Positions 16,477-24,589 of a DNA stretch of 54,948 nucleotides are shown here, piece by piece. The stretch spans positions 64,001 to 118,948 of IMG/VR virus record IMGVR_UViG_3300033074_000450. The stretch is one strand, 5' to 3'. This DNA is from a virus (Duplodnaviria > Heunggongvirae > Uroviricota > Caudoviricetes). The stretch's first letter is position 1; the number at the start of each line of letters is the position of its first letter. The notes beneath the pieces were generated by a model. It did no database searches and was not told the DNA's origin. It was given only the letters and a program-made list of their open reading frames with translations. Both the position numbers and the translations under genes were made by a program.

Positions 16477-19400
16477 ATGGATAAATATACAAAAGCGTTA
16501 GACATTCTTAAAAGTGTAGGAGAAGGAAGTCGAGGAGGCCATGTGATTGGTCATACTCGCTCTGGACAACCTATCTATGATTCAGCTAATCACGAAACTC
16601 ATCAGCAGTTTAAAGCTCAAGACCATAAAGATGCTATGAATCATCATTATGATATTTGGTCTAAAACACAAGAAAAAATCAACTCCATCAGACAACAAAA
16701 TCCTAATTGGAACCCTCCCAAGGAAATACATGATTTTCTAAAACATCATTATACTCAAATGCAGATGCATCAAAGTGTCATGGGTAGAAAAATGGATAGG
16801 GAAGCAGCTCAAGCTAAAAACCTTAAAAAATCTGACGAAATCACTCCTTTCTATTCAGCGGTAGTTGTAGTTGATGCCAAAAAGAAGAATTTCCTTTTAG
16901 GTAAACGGAAGAATGATGGGCTTTGGACATCTCCTGCTGGAGGAGCCAAAGTTGGAGAACTTCCCAAGAAAACGGCTATTCGTGAAGCTTTTGAAGAGGC
17001 TGGATTTGTTCTAGAAGAAAGTCAACTGCAAGAACTCCCTATGGGATACGCAGATAATTATAAGCCAGTGCATTGCTATGTGGCAATCTTATCCCCAGAG
17101 CAAATGAAGAAAATCTCCACAATAAATGACCCTGATGAAGAAGTCAAAGAATGGAAATGGCTTCCTATTGATGAGAAGATGCCAAATACTGACGAGAATC
17201 GTGCTGCCACTCTCTTGAACGCTAAGATGCATCTGGCAGGAATTGTAATGAAATCCTACCATAATCTAGATGATATGGAAGGCATGACTTCTATCAATAC
17301 TCATGAATTTAAAGAAGAGAATGAAGAGAGTCATCCAATTAAAGAAAGTATCGAAAGACTCATGGAAGGCTATGAATCTGGAGATGAGCCTCGAAGACTT
17401 ATGCTTGACGGGGAGCATACTCTACACTTAGTCCGAGTCGATGAGGGTATTTTTTCTGGTTTCGTTAAAAAGAAATCAGAAGATGGTATGGAAGAGACCG
17501 CTGTTACTTTGGACAAGATGCCTATTCCTAGCATCGTACAATATTTAAAAGCTAAAGAGATTCTTAAAGACGCTCCTAAACAGGTTGAGCTTAAACAAGA
17601 CGATTCTGCTCTAAGAGAAGTAATCGAGCGTTTAGCTGGTATGACTGTTTATGGAGACGTAAATATCACTATCAAAAAAGCCAAGGCTCTACCAATCGGA
17701 ACAATCCGTCAATGGGGAGTTTACAAGTACGTTAAACACGCAGATGGCTGGGTAGTTGTGGGAGGAGAGCATCATGGTAAGCTTATGGGTAATTTTAAGT
17801 CTGAGCCTAGTCACGCTGATTTTGCTAGACATCATGAGGGTTCGACTCCTAAACAAGATGAGCCTGAAACAAAGCCAGAAGCTCCAAAGGTGGATGAGGG
17901 GACTTCCTCAAAAGAAAAGCCTAAAGCAGAAGCTAAACCAAAGGCTGAGAGTCCTAAAGAAGAGTCTAAGCCTAAAAGCCCTGAAGAAGAAATTAAACAA
18001 GCTAAAGAGCTTGGGAAGAAAGCTTTTGAAGAAGGTAAAGGACCTGCTCCCTCACAAAGTTCGGAGCTAATGAAACTTTTTAAAGAGAGAACTGACCAAT
18101 CTCATGAACATGGATTAGCTCTTATGGATGCTTATGCTAAAGAATGGCATAGGGCTAATCTAGCTGCTCCTGTTCCAGAACCAGAAGCCAAGCCCAAAGA
18201 AGAGCCTAAGAAGAAGGATGAGAAGCCAGTACAAGAACCTGGAGCACCTGAAGCAGAGACCGAAGATGATGTTGATGACCAACCCGAAGTAGATGCTAAA
18301 TTTGGTCAAGTAGATAATCCTAGAGAAGAAGCTGAAGCTGAACAGGCAGAGCTTGAATCTGAAGGTGAGTATGCTAATGCTCGTAAATCAAAGATTTCAA
18401 ATATAGGAGAAGACGTAGAGGGTTCGGCTCGACATAAAGCTATGGACTGGAAAGGTCTTGCACAAGCTGAGAAAGATGGTAATGCAGAAGCTTTTATTAA
18501 ACGTGACCAATTATTGAAGATGGAACCAACCAAATTCGATGAGATGGTAACTCCTCAGAATTATATGGTCGCTCTTCAAATGCAATCTGCTTTGGAGCGT
18601 TTTCCTCCAGCTCCTAAACACTCTTGGTTAACTGGAGGCTGGGACTCTAAACCAGACGAAGAACTTCGCTATGCTGAAGTAATGACTCCTGCTGGAAGTA
18701 CTAGAAAAATACATCCATCTGAATTTGAACGTCTTGAGAGAGAAGGAAATCTTCCTGGAGAAGTCGTTAAAAAGGTAACTGTTGGAGATATCAAAAAACA
18801 AATCCGAAGTGATTATCTTGATGCCTTCAATAAGGTTAAAGCTGCTGCCACAGAAATCGTTAAGACCAAAGGTACAGCAGATATCGTGGAAAACATGAAG
18901 GCTCTTCAAACTGAGGTTCAGAAAATCATAAAAGAACGCAGAGAAAAAGACCGCTATGACGAGATGGCTAACAACATGATTAACTATCTCAATAAGACTG
19001 TTTCTCCATCACTACGCAAACGTAATAATACTGTAATGAATGACTTGAATGAGTTTGCTGAGATGGCAGCAAAATATCATCAAACCGATGCTGCTGGACT
19101 TTTAGGCAATAAAGAAGTAGCTGAACAAGCAAAGCAAGTAATTAAAGGAAAACCAGCATCCAAGATTTTTGGAGTTGAAAAAGAAGGTAAGAAACGCTTC
19201 ACAGCAGCAGACCTTTATGTGGACCATGCAGACCGTCAAGGACCTGATTCTGGTTTAAATACGGTTACAGAACAAGCTGATTTCTTAAGCAAAAAAGCTA
19301 AAATGAGAGCTGTTCAATGGGGTAACTCTGTTACGGATGAAGAGCGTGAACATCATTTAAAACATGCTGCCAACGCTTTTAAAGACCTTACTGACATTCT

Positions 19401-19998
19401 AGGACTCCCAGAAGAAATGGGTTCATTCAATGGACGCTTGGCTCTTGCAATCGGAGCTAGGGGTAAAGGTACAGCCTTAGCACACTATGAGCCAGATAGT
19501 AAAACAATCAACCTCACTCGTAAAAAAGGAGTTGGTTCTCTTGCTCACGAATGGGGACACATGCTAGATAACGTGTTAGGAGAAATCCACACTGGTTCTG
19601 GCAGAAATTATGTTTCCGAAGGCTCCGCTTATGGAAACAAAGATATCCCAGTTTATAAAGAAATGAAGGAGTTTCAGTATTCTGAAACAATGTCCCAGTT
19701 CCGAGATAAGGTAAGAGATGCTATTCGTGAAGAGCAAAAGAAGGGCAATTCTGTAGATTCTGATTACTGGATGTCCCGAAAAGAAGTTTGGGCTCGTTGT
19801 TTTGAAAAGTATGTTTCCCATAAGCTCGAAAAGTCTGGCAGAAAGAACACTTACCTATCTGGAGTTAAGGACCATGCTTTTTGGCCTAACGACAAAGAGA
19901 TTGAAGCTATGGCTCCATATTTTGATAAAATTATAGAAGCTGCTAAATCGAATGGTGACATCAAGAAGGCTTTAGACCTTCTAGGAATAACCCTTTAA
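16477..19998 (+). CDS. Large polyvalent protein: Nudix hydrolase plus C-terminal LPD1-like zincin domain
   Basis: Perfect Nudix box GGAKVGELPKKTAIREAFEEAGF (~16939-17007); VQWGNS...LALAIGARG...AHYEP...SLAHEWGHMLD...EVWARCFE (LPD1-like). Confidence 0.85.
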   Translation: MDKYTKALDILKSVGEGSRGGHVIGHTRSGQPIYDSANHETHQQFKAQDHKDAMNHHYDIWSKTQEKINSIRQQNPNWNPPKEIHDFLKHHYTQMQMHQSVMGRKMDREAAQAKNLKKSDEITPFYSAVVVVDAKKKNFLLGKRKNDGLWTSPAGGAKVGELPKKTAIREAFEEAGFVLEESQLQELPMGYADNYKPVHCYVAILSPEQMKKISTINDPDEEVKEWKWLPIDEKMPNTDENRAATLLNAKMHLAGIVMKSYHNLDDMEGMTSINTHEFKEENEESHPIKESIERLMEGYESGDEPRRLMLDGEHTLHLVRVDEGIFSGFVKKKSEDGMEETAVTLDKMPIPSIVQYLKAKEILKDAPKQVELKQDDSALREVIERLAGMTVYGDVNITIKKAKALPIGTIRQWGVYKYVKHADGWVVVGGEHHGKLMGNFKSEPSHADFARHHEGSTPKQDEPETKPEAPKVDEGTSSKEKPKAEAKPKAESPKEESKPKSPEEEIKQAKELGKKAFEEGKGPAPSQSSELMKLFKERTDQSHEHGLALMDAYAKEWHRANLAAPVPEPEAKPKEEPKKKDEKPVQEPGAPEAETEDDVDDQPEVDAKFGQVDNPREEAEAEQAELESEGEYANARKSKISNIGEDVEGSARHKAMDWKGLAQAEKDGNAEAFIKRDQLLKMEPTKFDEMVTPQNYMVALQMQSALERFPPAPKHSWLTGGWDSKPDEELRYAEVMTPAGSTRKIHPSEFERLEREGNLPGEVVKKVTVGDIKKQIRSDYLDAFNKVKAAATEIVKTKGTADIVENMKALQTEVQKIIKERREKDRYDEMANNMINYLNKTVSPSLRKRNNTVMNDLNEFAEMAAKYHQTDAAGLLGNKEVAEQAKQVIKGKPASKIFGVEKEGKKRFTAADLYVDHADRQGPDSGLNTVTEQADFLSKKAKMRAVQWGNSVTDEEREHHLKHAANAFKDLTDILGLPEEMGSFNGRLALAIGARGKGTALAHYEPDSKTINLTRKKGVGSLAHEWGHMLDNVLGEIHTGSGRNYVSEGSAYGNKDIPVYKEMKEFQYSETMSQFRDKVRDAIREEQKKGNSVDSDYWMSRKEVWARCFEKYVSHKLEKSGRKNTYLSGVKDHAFWPNDKEIEAMAPYFDKIIEAAKSNGDIKKALDLLGITL

Positions 19999-20007
19999 GG
20001 AACTAAC

Positions 20008-20856
20008 ATGAAAAAATTACAATTACTGGAAGAAATGGCAAAAAGTACTCAAGAGTTCAATCTAGCCATCAAGCTTCAAAAATCAGAAGAGTTCCAAAAG
20101 GCTCAAGGTCTTCCCGTAGGAAGCGTTAGATTGTGGCATGGTCAGAAATTCATTAAACAAGGTGATGGACACTGGGTCCCACTTCCTTCTGGTCAACAGG
20201 GACAAGGGCAGCAAAGTCAACCCCAGCAACAACCAGCTCCTCAACAAGAAGCTAAACCACAAGAGCAACAGGCACAAAAACAGGAAGCGAAAAGTGATGA
20301 GCTTGAAAAACAACCTCAAGAAAAATCTATTGAATCTGAACCTTTAGGCCATCTTAAGCCTAAAGAGGGGTTCGGAGGTCATGTAGGATTACATTCAAAA
20401 GACCTTGATGAGAGTTTGAAGAATGGTAAGTATTCCCTTATTTCTGCTGGACGTAATCCAAATAATGCAGGAGATAGGGCTCTTACAGATGACCAGATTA
20501 AAGAGCGTTATAAGCGTTTAGAGCAAGACTTGAAGGACCAGGGATACAAGTATTCTAAAGTCAAGGGTCATTACGGTGGAGAAGAAGATTCCTTTATGGT
20601 CCATCACGCTAAACCAGAACACATGAACGAGCTTGGGATGAAATATAACCAGGATTCAGTCATTCATAGCGACCAAGGCAAACATAAGATGCATTTTACT
20701 ACAGGTGACAATTCAGGGATGCATCATAAAGGTGAGGGTTTCCAAGAGGTCCCAGACGCTAAAGATTACTACAGTGTAATAAATACAACTGATGGGCAGC
20801 AAAAGAAGTTTAGTTTGAACTTTGATTTCGGCAAACACCATAAGGCCGATGAGTAA
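20008..20856 (+). CDS. SAM lyase (T3 SAMase-like) domain fused to a leader module
   Basis: LISAGR...KGHYGGEEDSF...KYNQDSVI...GFQEVP parallels T3 SAMase VSAFR...GCYRE...EEKT...WEQDCVL...SFQEVP (recalled from memory). Confidence 0.7.
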   Translation: MKKLQLLEEMAKSTQEFNLAIKLQKSEEFQKAQGLPVGSVRLWHGQKFIKQGDGHWVPLPSGQQGQGQQSQPQQQPAPQQEAKPQEQQAQKQEAKSDELEKQPQEKSIESEPLGHLKPKEGFGGHVGLHSKDLDESLKNGKYSLISAGRNPNNAGDRALTDDQIKERYKRLEQDLKDQGYKYSKVKGHYGGEEDSFMVHHAKPEHMNELGMKYNQDSVIHSDQGKHKMHFTTGDNSGMHHKGEGFQEVPDAKDYYSVINTTDGQQKKFSLNFDFGKHHKADE

Positions 20857-20866
20857 CAAATACAGT

Positions 20867-20877
20867 ATGGTATAATT
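20867..20877 (+). promoter_or_regulatory. Putative late promoter
   Basis: ATGGTATAATT. Confidence 0.7.
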
Positions 20878-20899
20878 TAATTATTGACGGAGAAATGCA

Positions 20900-22147
20900 A
20901 TGTCTAAAACAAAAGAACAGATTGATGTAGAAATTACAAACTTAGCTGAACAGATGGTTAAGTCTGTAACTGATTCTAAACAACTTCTTTTCGATACCAT
21001 CATGAATCTTGGTCCTGAGAACCTTAAGAAGGCCGTTGCCTCTCTTTCTGATTCTGAGAAGGAAGTCTTGAAATCATGTGTGGCAGACTTGCAAAAAGCT
21101 AAAGAGGTTTCTGCTGAAATCACTCCTAAGAAGACTGAAACTAAAGCTGCTGAAATGAAAACTGAGTCTCAGACTGGTTCTGATGATGAAGATGAAAAGA
21201 AGCTTATGGATGAGAAGAACGCAGAACATCCTCATCAAGGTGGACCTAAAGACAAGCCCGAAGGTTGGGAAGGTCAAGTAATTAAAGCCAAAAAAGAAGA
21301 CGAAGAGCCTGAAGTTGAAATGCCAGCTAAAGAAGCTGTAAAAGAGCACAAGCGTCTAGTTAATGTTTTGGAGTCTGATTCTAAAAAAGATGACAAAGAA
21401 GAAGCTAAAAAACAAAAGAAAGAGCTTAAAGAATATCAATCAGAAATGAAAAAAGCTGATGATAAAGCTGTTGATGCTTTGATTCAGATTGAGGAAGCAG
21501 AACACAATAAAGATATTAACGGTGACGGTAAAATTGCCGAGAAACTTGAAAAGGAAAAGAAAATGAAAAAGTCATTAGAAGAAATCGTTGAGTTGGCTAA
21601 GTCACTCAATATGTCTAAAGAGGAAGTCATTAAGACGATTAAAGATTCTAATGATGACCTTGAACTTGTTAAGGGCAAAATGAAAGAAAAGTTTGCCGAA
21701 CAAGGTATGAAGCTTGCTGAACCCAAAAAAGAAGACGAGGGTTCTCCCGAAGATAAGAAAGAAGATAAAAAGGAAAAGAAGATGGAGAAATCTGTCAACT
21801 GGAACTTTAAGTCCTCTATCGCTGCCAATAGTTTGGGTCGTAATACTCACTGGGATGTGGATTCATACATCGAGAAGTCTGAAGCTGAGAAGCAAGAGAT
21901 TATCAAAAAAGGTGGATATTTCGGAGAAACTCAAGATGAGACTCTTCAAAAGTCTGAGTCTAAAAAAGTTGACATTAACGACCTAATCGAAAAAGGTCAA
22001 GATTATTCTACTGAAGAAATCAAGCGTATTGAAGGTATCCGTGACCACAAGATTGAAGGTAAGGTTGTTAAATCTTTCCACGATGAGGATATCGCTGCTG
22101 CTCTTGGCATGACTAAGGAAGAATATAAAAAGTTAATGGGAGAGTAA
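20900..22147 (+). CDS. Highly charged internal head / scaffold-like protein
   Basis: K/E/D-rich; more than 10 hydrophobic-x-K-[SAG] motifs; DINGDGKI loop. Confidence 0.6.
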   Translation: MSKTKEQIDVEITNLAEQMVKSVTDSKQLLFDTIMNLGPENLKKAVASLSDSEKEVLKSCVADLQKAKEVSAEITPKKTETKAAEMKTESQTGSDDEDEKKLMDEKNAEHPHQGGPKDKPEGWEGQVIKAKKEDEEPEVEMPAKEAVKEHKRLVNVLESDSKKDDKEEAKKQKKELKEYQSEMKKADDKAVDALIQIEEAEHNKDINGDGKIAEKLEKEKKMKKSLEEIVELAKSLNMSKEEVIKTIKDSNDDLELVKGKMKEKFAEQGMKLAEPKKEDEGSPEDKKEDKKEKKMEKSVNWNFKSSIAANSLGRNTHWDVDSYIEKSEAEKQEIIKKGGYFGETQDETLQKSESKKVDINDLIEKGQDYSTEEIKRIEGIRDHKIEGKVVKSFHDEDIAAALGMTKEEYKKLMGE

Positions 22148-22151
22148 TCCC

Positions 22152-22955
22152 ATGTCAAAACCCCAAGGCTGGAATCAAAAGCCTCCAGTGCAGTTAGCTG
22201 CTAAACCTACTGGGGGAAGGGTCGATATAGACCCTGCAAAATTTGAACAACTCATTCAAGAGAAGGGTGTTCGAGTTAAAGTCTATAGGACTGTTTTTTG
22301 TCCAAACGTAAAATCTATTGACGGTGGAGAGCACAACATTGATTGTGACCTCTGTAATGGTTCTGGTTTTTTAGATACCAGACCAATTTGTACCCTTGCA
22401 TTCATTCAAAATCAAGCTCTAGAAAAACTTCCCTTCGTAGAAGGTATGGTTGATGGTAACTCCGTAGCGGCTACTTTTCCTATGGGAATCGAGCTTCAGT
22501 ACTTTACTCTTGTGGAACTTGAAGACTTTACTGAAATCTATTTTCAACGTGTCAAGCGTCAAGAGGGTGATATAGATGTTCTCAAATACAAGGCTCATAG
22601 AGTTAATCTTTGCATAGACCAATATGGAAAAGAGTATTTCCAAGACAATGATTTTTGTATTGACCCCAACGGATGTATTAAATGGAACCCGAATAAGGGA
22701 CCTAATCCTGGAGATATTTACTCAATTCACTATGAAGCTTCTGTTCAATTCAGGGCCGTAAGAGCCATGCATAATAACCGCTTCACTCAGTACCTCACCA
22801 AAAAAGAGGGAGGGGGAGCAGTTCATGTTAAACTTCAAGAGCAATGGGTTCTTCAAAAAGAGTACTTAGTTAAACGAAAAGACCTAGATGGTAATGAGAT
22901 TCTCCCGAACCTCATTCATGAAAAAACTGACCCAGACGCTCCAGAAGAAGATTAA
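22152..22955 (+). CDS. Neck / head-closure protein with Zn-binding motif
   Basis: FEQLIQEKG..VKVYRTVFCP...CDLCNGSG matches the Herelleviridae-type neck protein pattern. Confidence 0.7.
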   Translation: MSKPQGWNQKPPVQLAAKPTGGRVDIDPAKFEQLIQEKGVRVKVYRTVFCPNVKSIDGGEHNIDCDLCNGSGFLDTRPICTLAFIQNQALEKLPFVEGMVDGNSVAATFPMGIELQYFTLVELEDFTEIYFQRVKRQEGDIDVLKYKAHRVNLCIDQYGKEYFQDNDFCIDPNGCIKWNPNKGPNPGDIYSIHYEASVQFRAVRAMHNNRFTQYLTKKEGGGAVHVKLQEQWVLQKEYLVKRKDLDGNEILPNLIHEKTDPDAPEED

Positions 22956-23191
22956 CGCTTCTTATATTTAATAGAGTCCATAACAGCCTTAGCTATAGGC
23001 TTCTTGAATTTCTCATCTATCTTGTGGCTCATGTCATAAAACGGATAAAGAGGATTTTCCTCTCTATATTTGTCAGATGCAGTAGTATCCATAATTTCAT
23101 GTCTTTGAGCCCTTAAGAGTTCGGACTGAAGACGTTTAAGTAGTGTAGTGATTTTTCGGTATGAATCCTCAACTTGTTTTCGTGTAGCCAT
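22952..23191 (-). CDS. Hypothetical protein
   Basis: Last gene of the minus-strand operon; TAATG coupling. Confidence 0.55.
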   Translation of the reverse strand: MATRKQVEDSYRKITTLLKRLQSELLRAQRHEIMDTTASDKYREENPLYPFYDMSHKIDEKFKKPIAKAVMDSIKYKKR

Positions 23192-23445
23192 TAGTCCTCC
23201 AGTCTCAATTTTTCTGCTTTATAGAATTCAATAGCTTGATTCAAAGCTTCTTGAACTGCAAGAGCTTCTTCTAAACTCATGTTTTGGGAGAATTGTCTCA
23301 CGCTACCGCAATCCTCATTCTTCCAAATTTCCATAACCAAATTACCATCCCAAGACGCAAACTTAATATCTCGTTGAAGCTGCTCATGATTATTGTAGTC
23401 AAGAGTTACTAGGAACTCACTGATTACTGGTACTTTCCTGGACAT
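23191..23445 (-). CDS. Hypothetical protein
   Basis: SD GAGG; in operon. Confidence 0.55.
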   Translation of the reverse strand: MSRKVPVISEFLVTLDYNNHEQLQRDIKFASWDGNLVMEIWKNEDCGSVRQFSQNMSLEEALAVQEALNQAIEFYKAEKLRLED

Positions 23446-24097
23446 TTTTTACCTCTTTTTTATACATTTCAAATAAGCTTTTACGAAGTCTCTTTTGAGG
23501 ACTAATTCCAAGCGGAGCCAGAATCTTTTCATATTTTTCAATTACTGCCCAAGCTTGGTCTTCGGTCATATCAGCTATATTTTCTTCGGAGACTTCAATC
23601 TCCACAAAGTAATCTGCCTTCTTAGGCTTTCCAAAAGTCGTATCATAAACCGTGTAGAAAACTAGGGTAGCATCATCGAAGAAGTAAATATGGCAATTCT
23701 TTATGATAGAAGCGTTGAAGAGAAGTCCAGAAGCTTGGAGTTGTTCAACAATGACGTTTTCTGGAGTCTTCCCAATATCCCAGTTGTGCTCTTTTCTCTG
23801 AATATTGTTTTTAGCATCTTTGGGTTTATACTTCCAAGTGACTTGCCTACGACCTTTATCTAAACCAAATGATGGCTTCCTATACCTAACAAAAGTTCCA
23901 TTGGGCTCCCATTGAGGGTTAGCATCAAACCAACTTTGTGGGTAGACATAAAAGTGGTCTGGACCTTCCACATATAGGAAGTCTTTTAACTCTGGATGAC
24001 CTTCAAGTATTTGCTTAAATTCGATAAGCAAGTGGTCTTCCACTCTATATTTCGTCTCGAATTCAATGTGTTCGAGATTACGTTCTTTCGTTTCCAT
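23417..24097 (-). CDS. CYTH / triphosphate-tunnel metalloenzyme
   Basis: IEFETKY (ExExK), FVRYR, VTWKYK, FVEIEV, KSLFEM; start likely 24097 or 24103. Confidence 0.8.
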   Translation of the reverse strand: METKERNLEHIEFETKYRVEDHLLIEFKQILEGHPELKDFLYVEGPDHFYVYPQSWFDANPQWEPNGTFVRYRKPSFGLDKGRRQVTWKYKPKDAKNNIQRKEHNWDIGKTPENVIVEQLQASGLLFNASIIKNCHIYFFDDATLVFYTVYDTTFGKPKKADYFVEIEVSEENIADMTEDQAWAVIEKYEKILAPLGISPQKRLRKSLFEMYKKEVKNVQESTSNQ

Positions 24098-24380
24098 CTT
24101 CATCCTCTTTGTTATGGACAATCTTCAGTCTGTTTTTTCTGAAGTTACCCTCAATGATTTTTGGGTCATTTTTAGGGTCAGTGATGTTCTTTTGTAGCTC
24201 TTGAATGAGCTGCATGATGTCTGCTTCTGATAGCTTGAGCTTTATGTAGTCCCTTCCCATTATGTCATGATGAGTTGTGAAGTTTTGTCCTGGTTCTTTG
24301 TTAACAACTAAAATCTGGAATCTTCTTCCATTCTTATAATCAAAAATAGGCTCTACTCTGAGAGTGTCATTGATTCTCAC
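24078..24380 (-). CDS. Hypothetical protein
   Basis: GTG start overlapping the upstream stop. Confidence 0.5.
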   Translation of the reverse strand: MRINDTLRVEPIFDYKNGRRFQILVVNKEPGQNFTTHHDIMGRDYIKLKLSEADIMQLIQELQKNITDPKNDPKIIEGNFRKNRLKIVHNKEDEDGNERT

Positions 24381-24589
24381 TTTAAACGCTCCTTATGTCC
24401 ATAGTAAAATACTGGCCTTGAACCGTCTTTGTATTCTTCTTGAGCATGTGGTCTATGAACCATCAACCAACCCAGAACGAGAAAAAGAATATCATACCAT
24501 TGTAAATCATGGTCATCCACTAACTCTTCGAGTAGCGGTTCCATGTCTAATAGAATGTCTCCCGTAGGTCTTATTTTCTTTTTACTCAT
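24377..24589 (-). CDS. Hypothetical protein
   Basis: Overlaps the ligase stop; in operon. Confidence 0.55.
   Translation of the reverse strand: MSKKKIRPTGDILLDMEPLLEELVDDHDLQWYDILFLVLGWLMVHRPHAQEEYKDGSRPVFYYGHKERLK

Noticed and set aside
17850-18360. K/E/P-rich repeats as a DNA repeat element
   Set aside because: Low-complexity protein linker without exact nucleotide periodicity.
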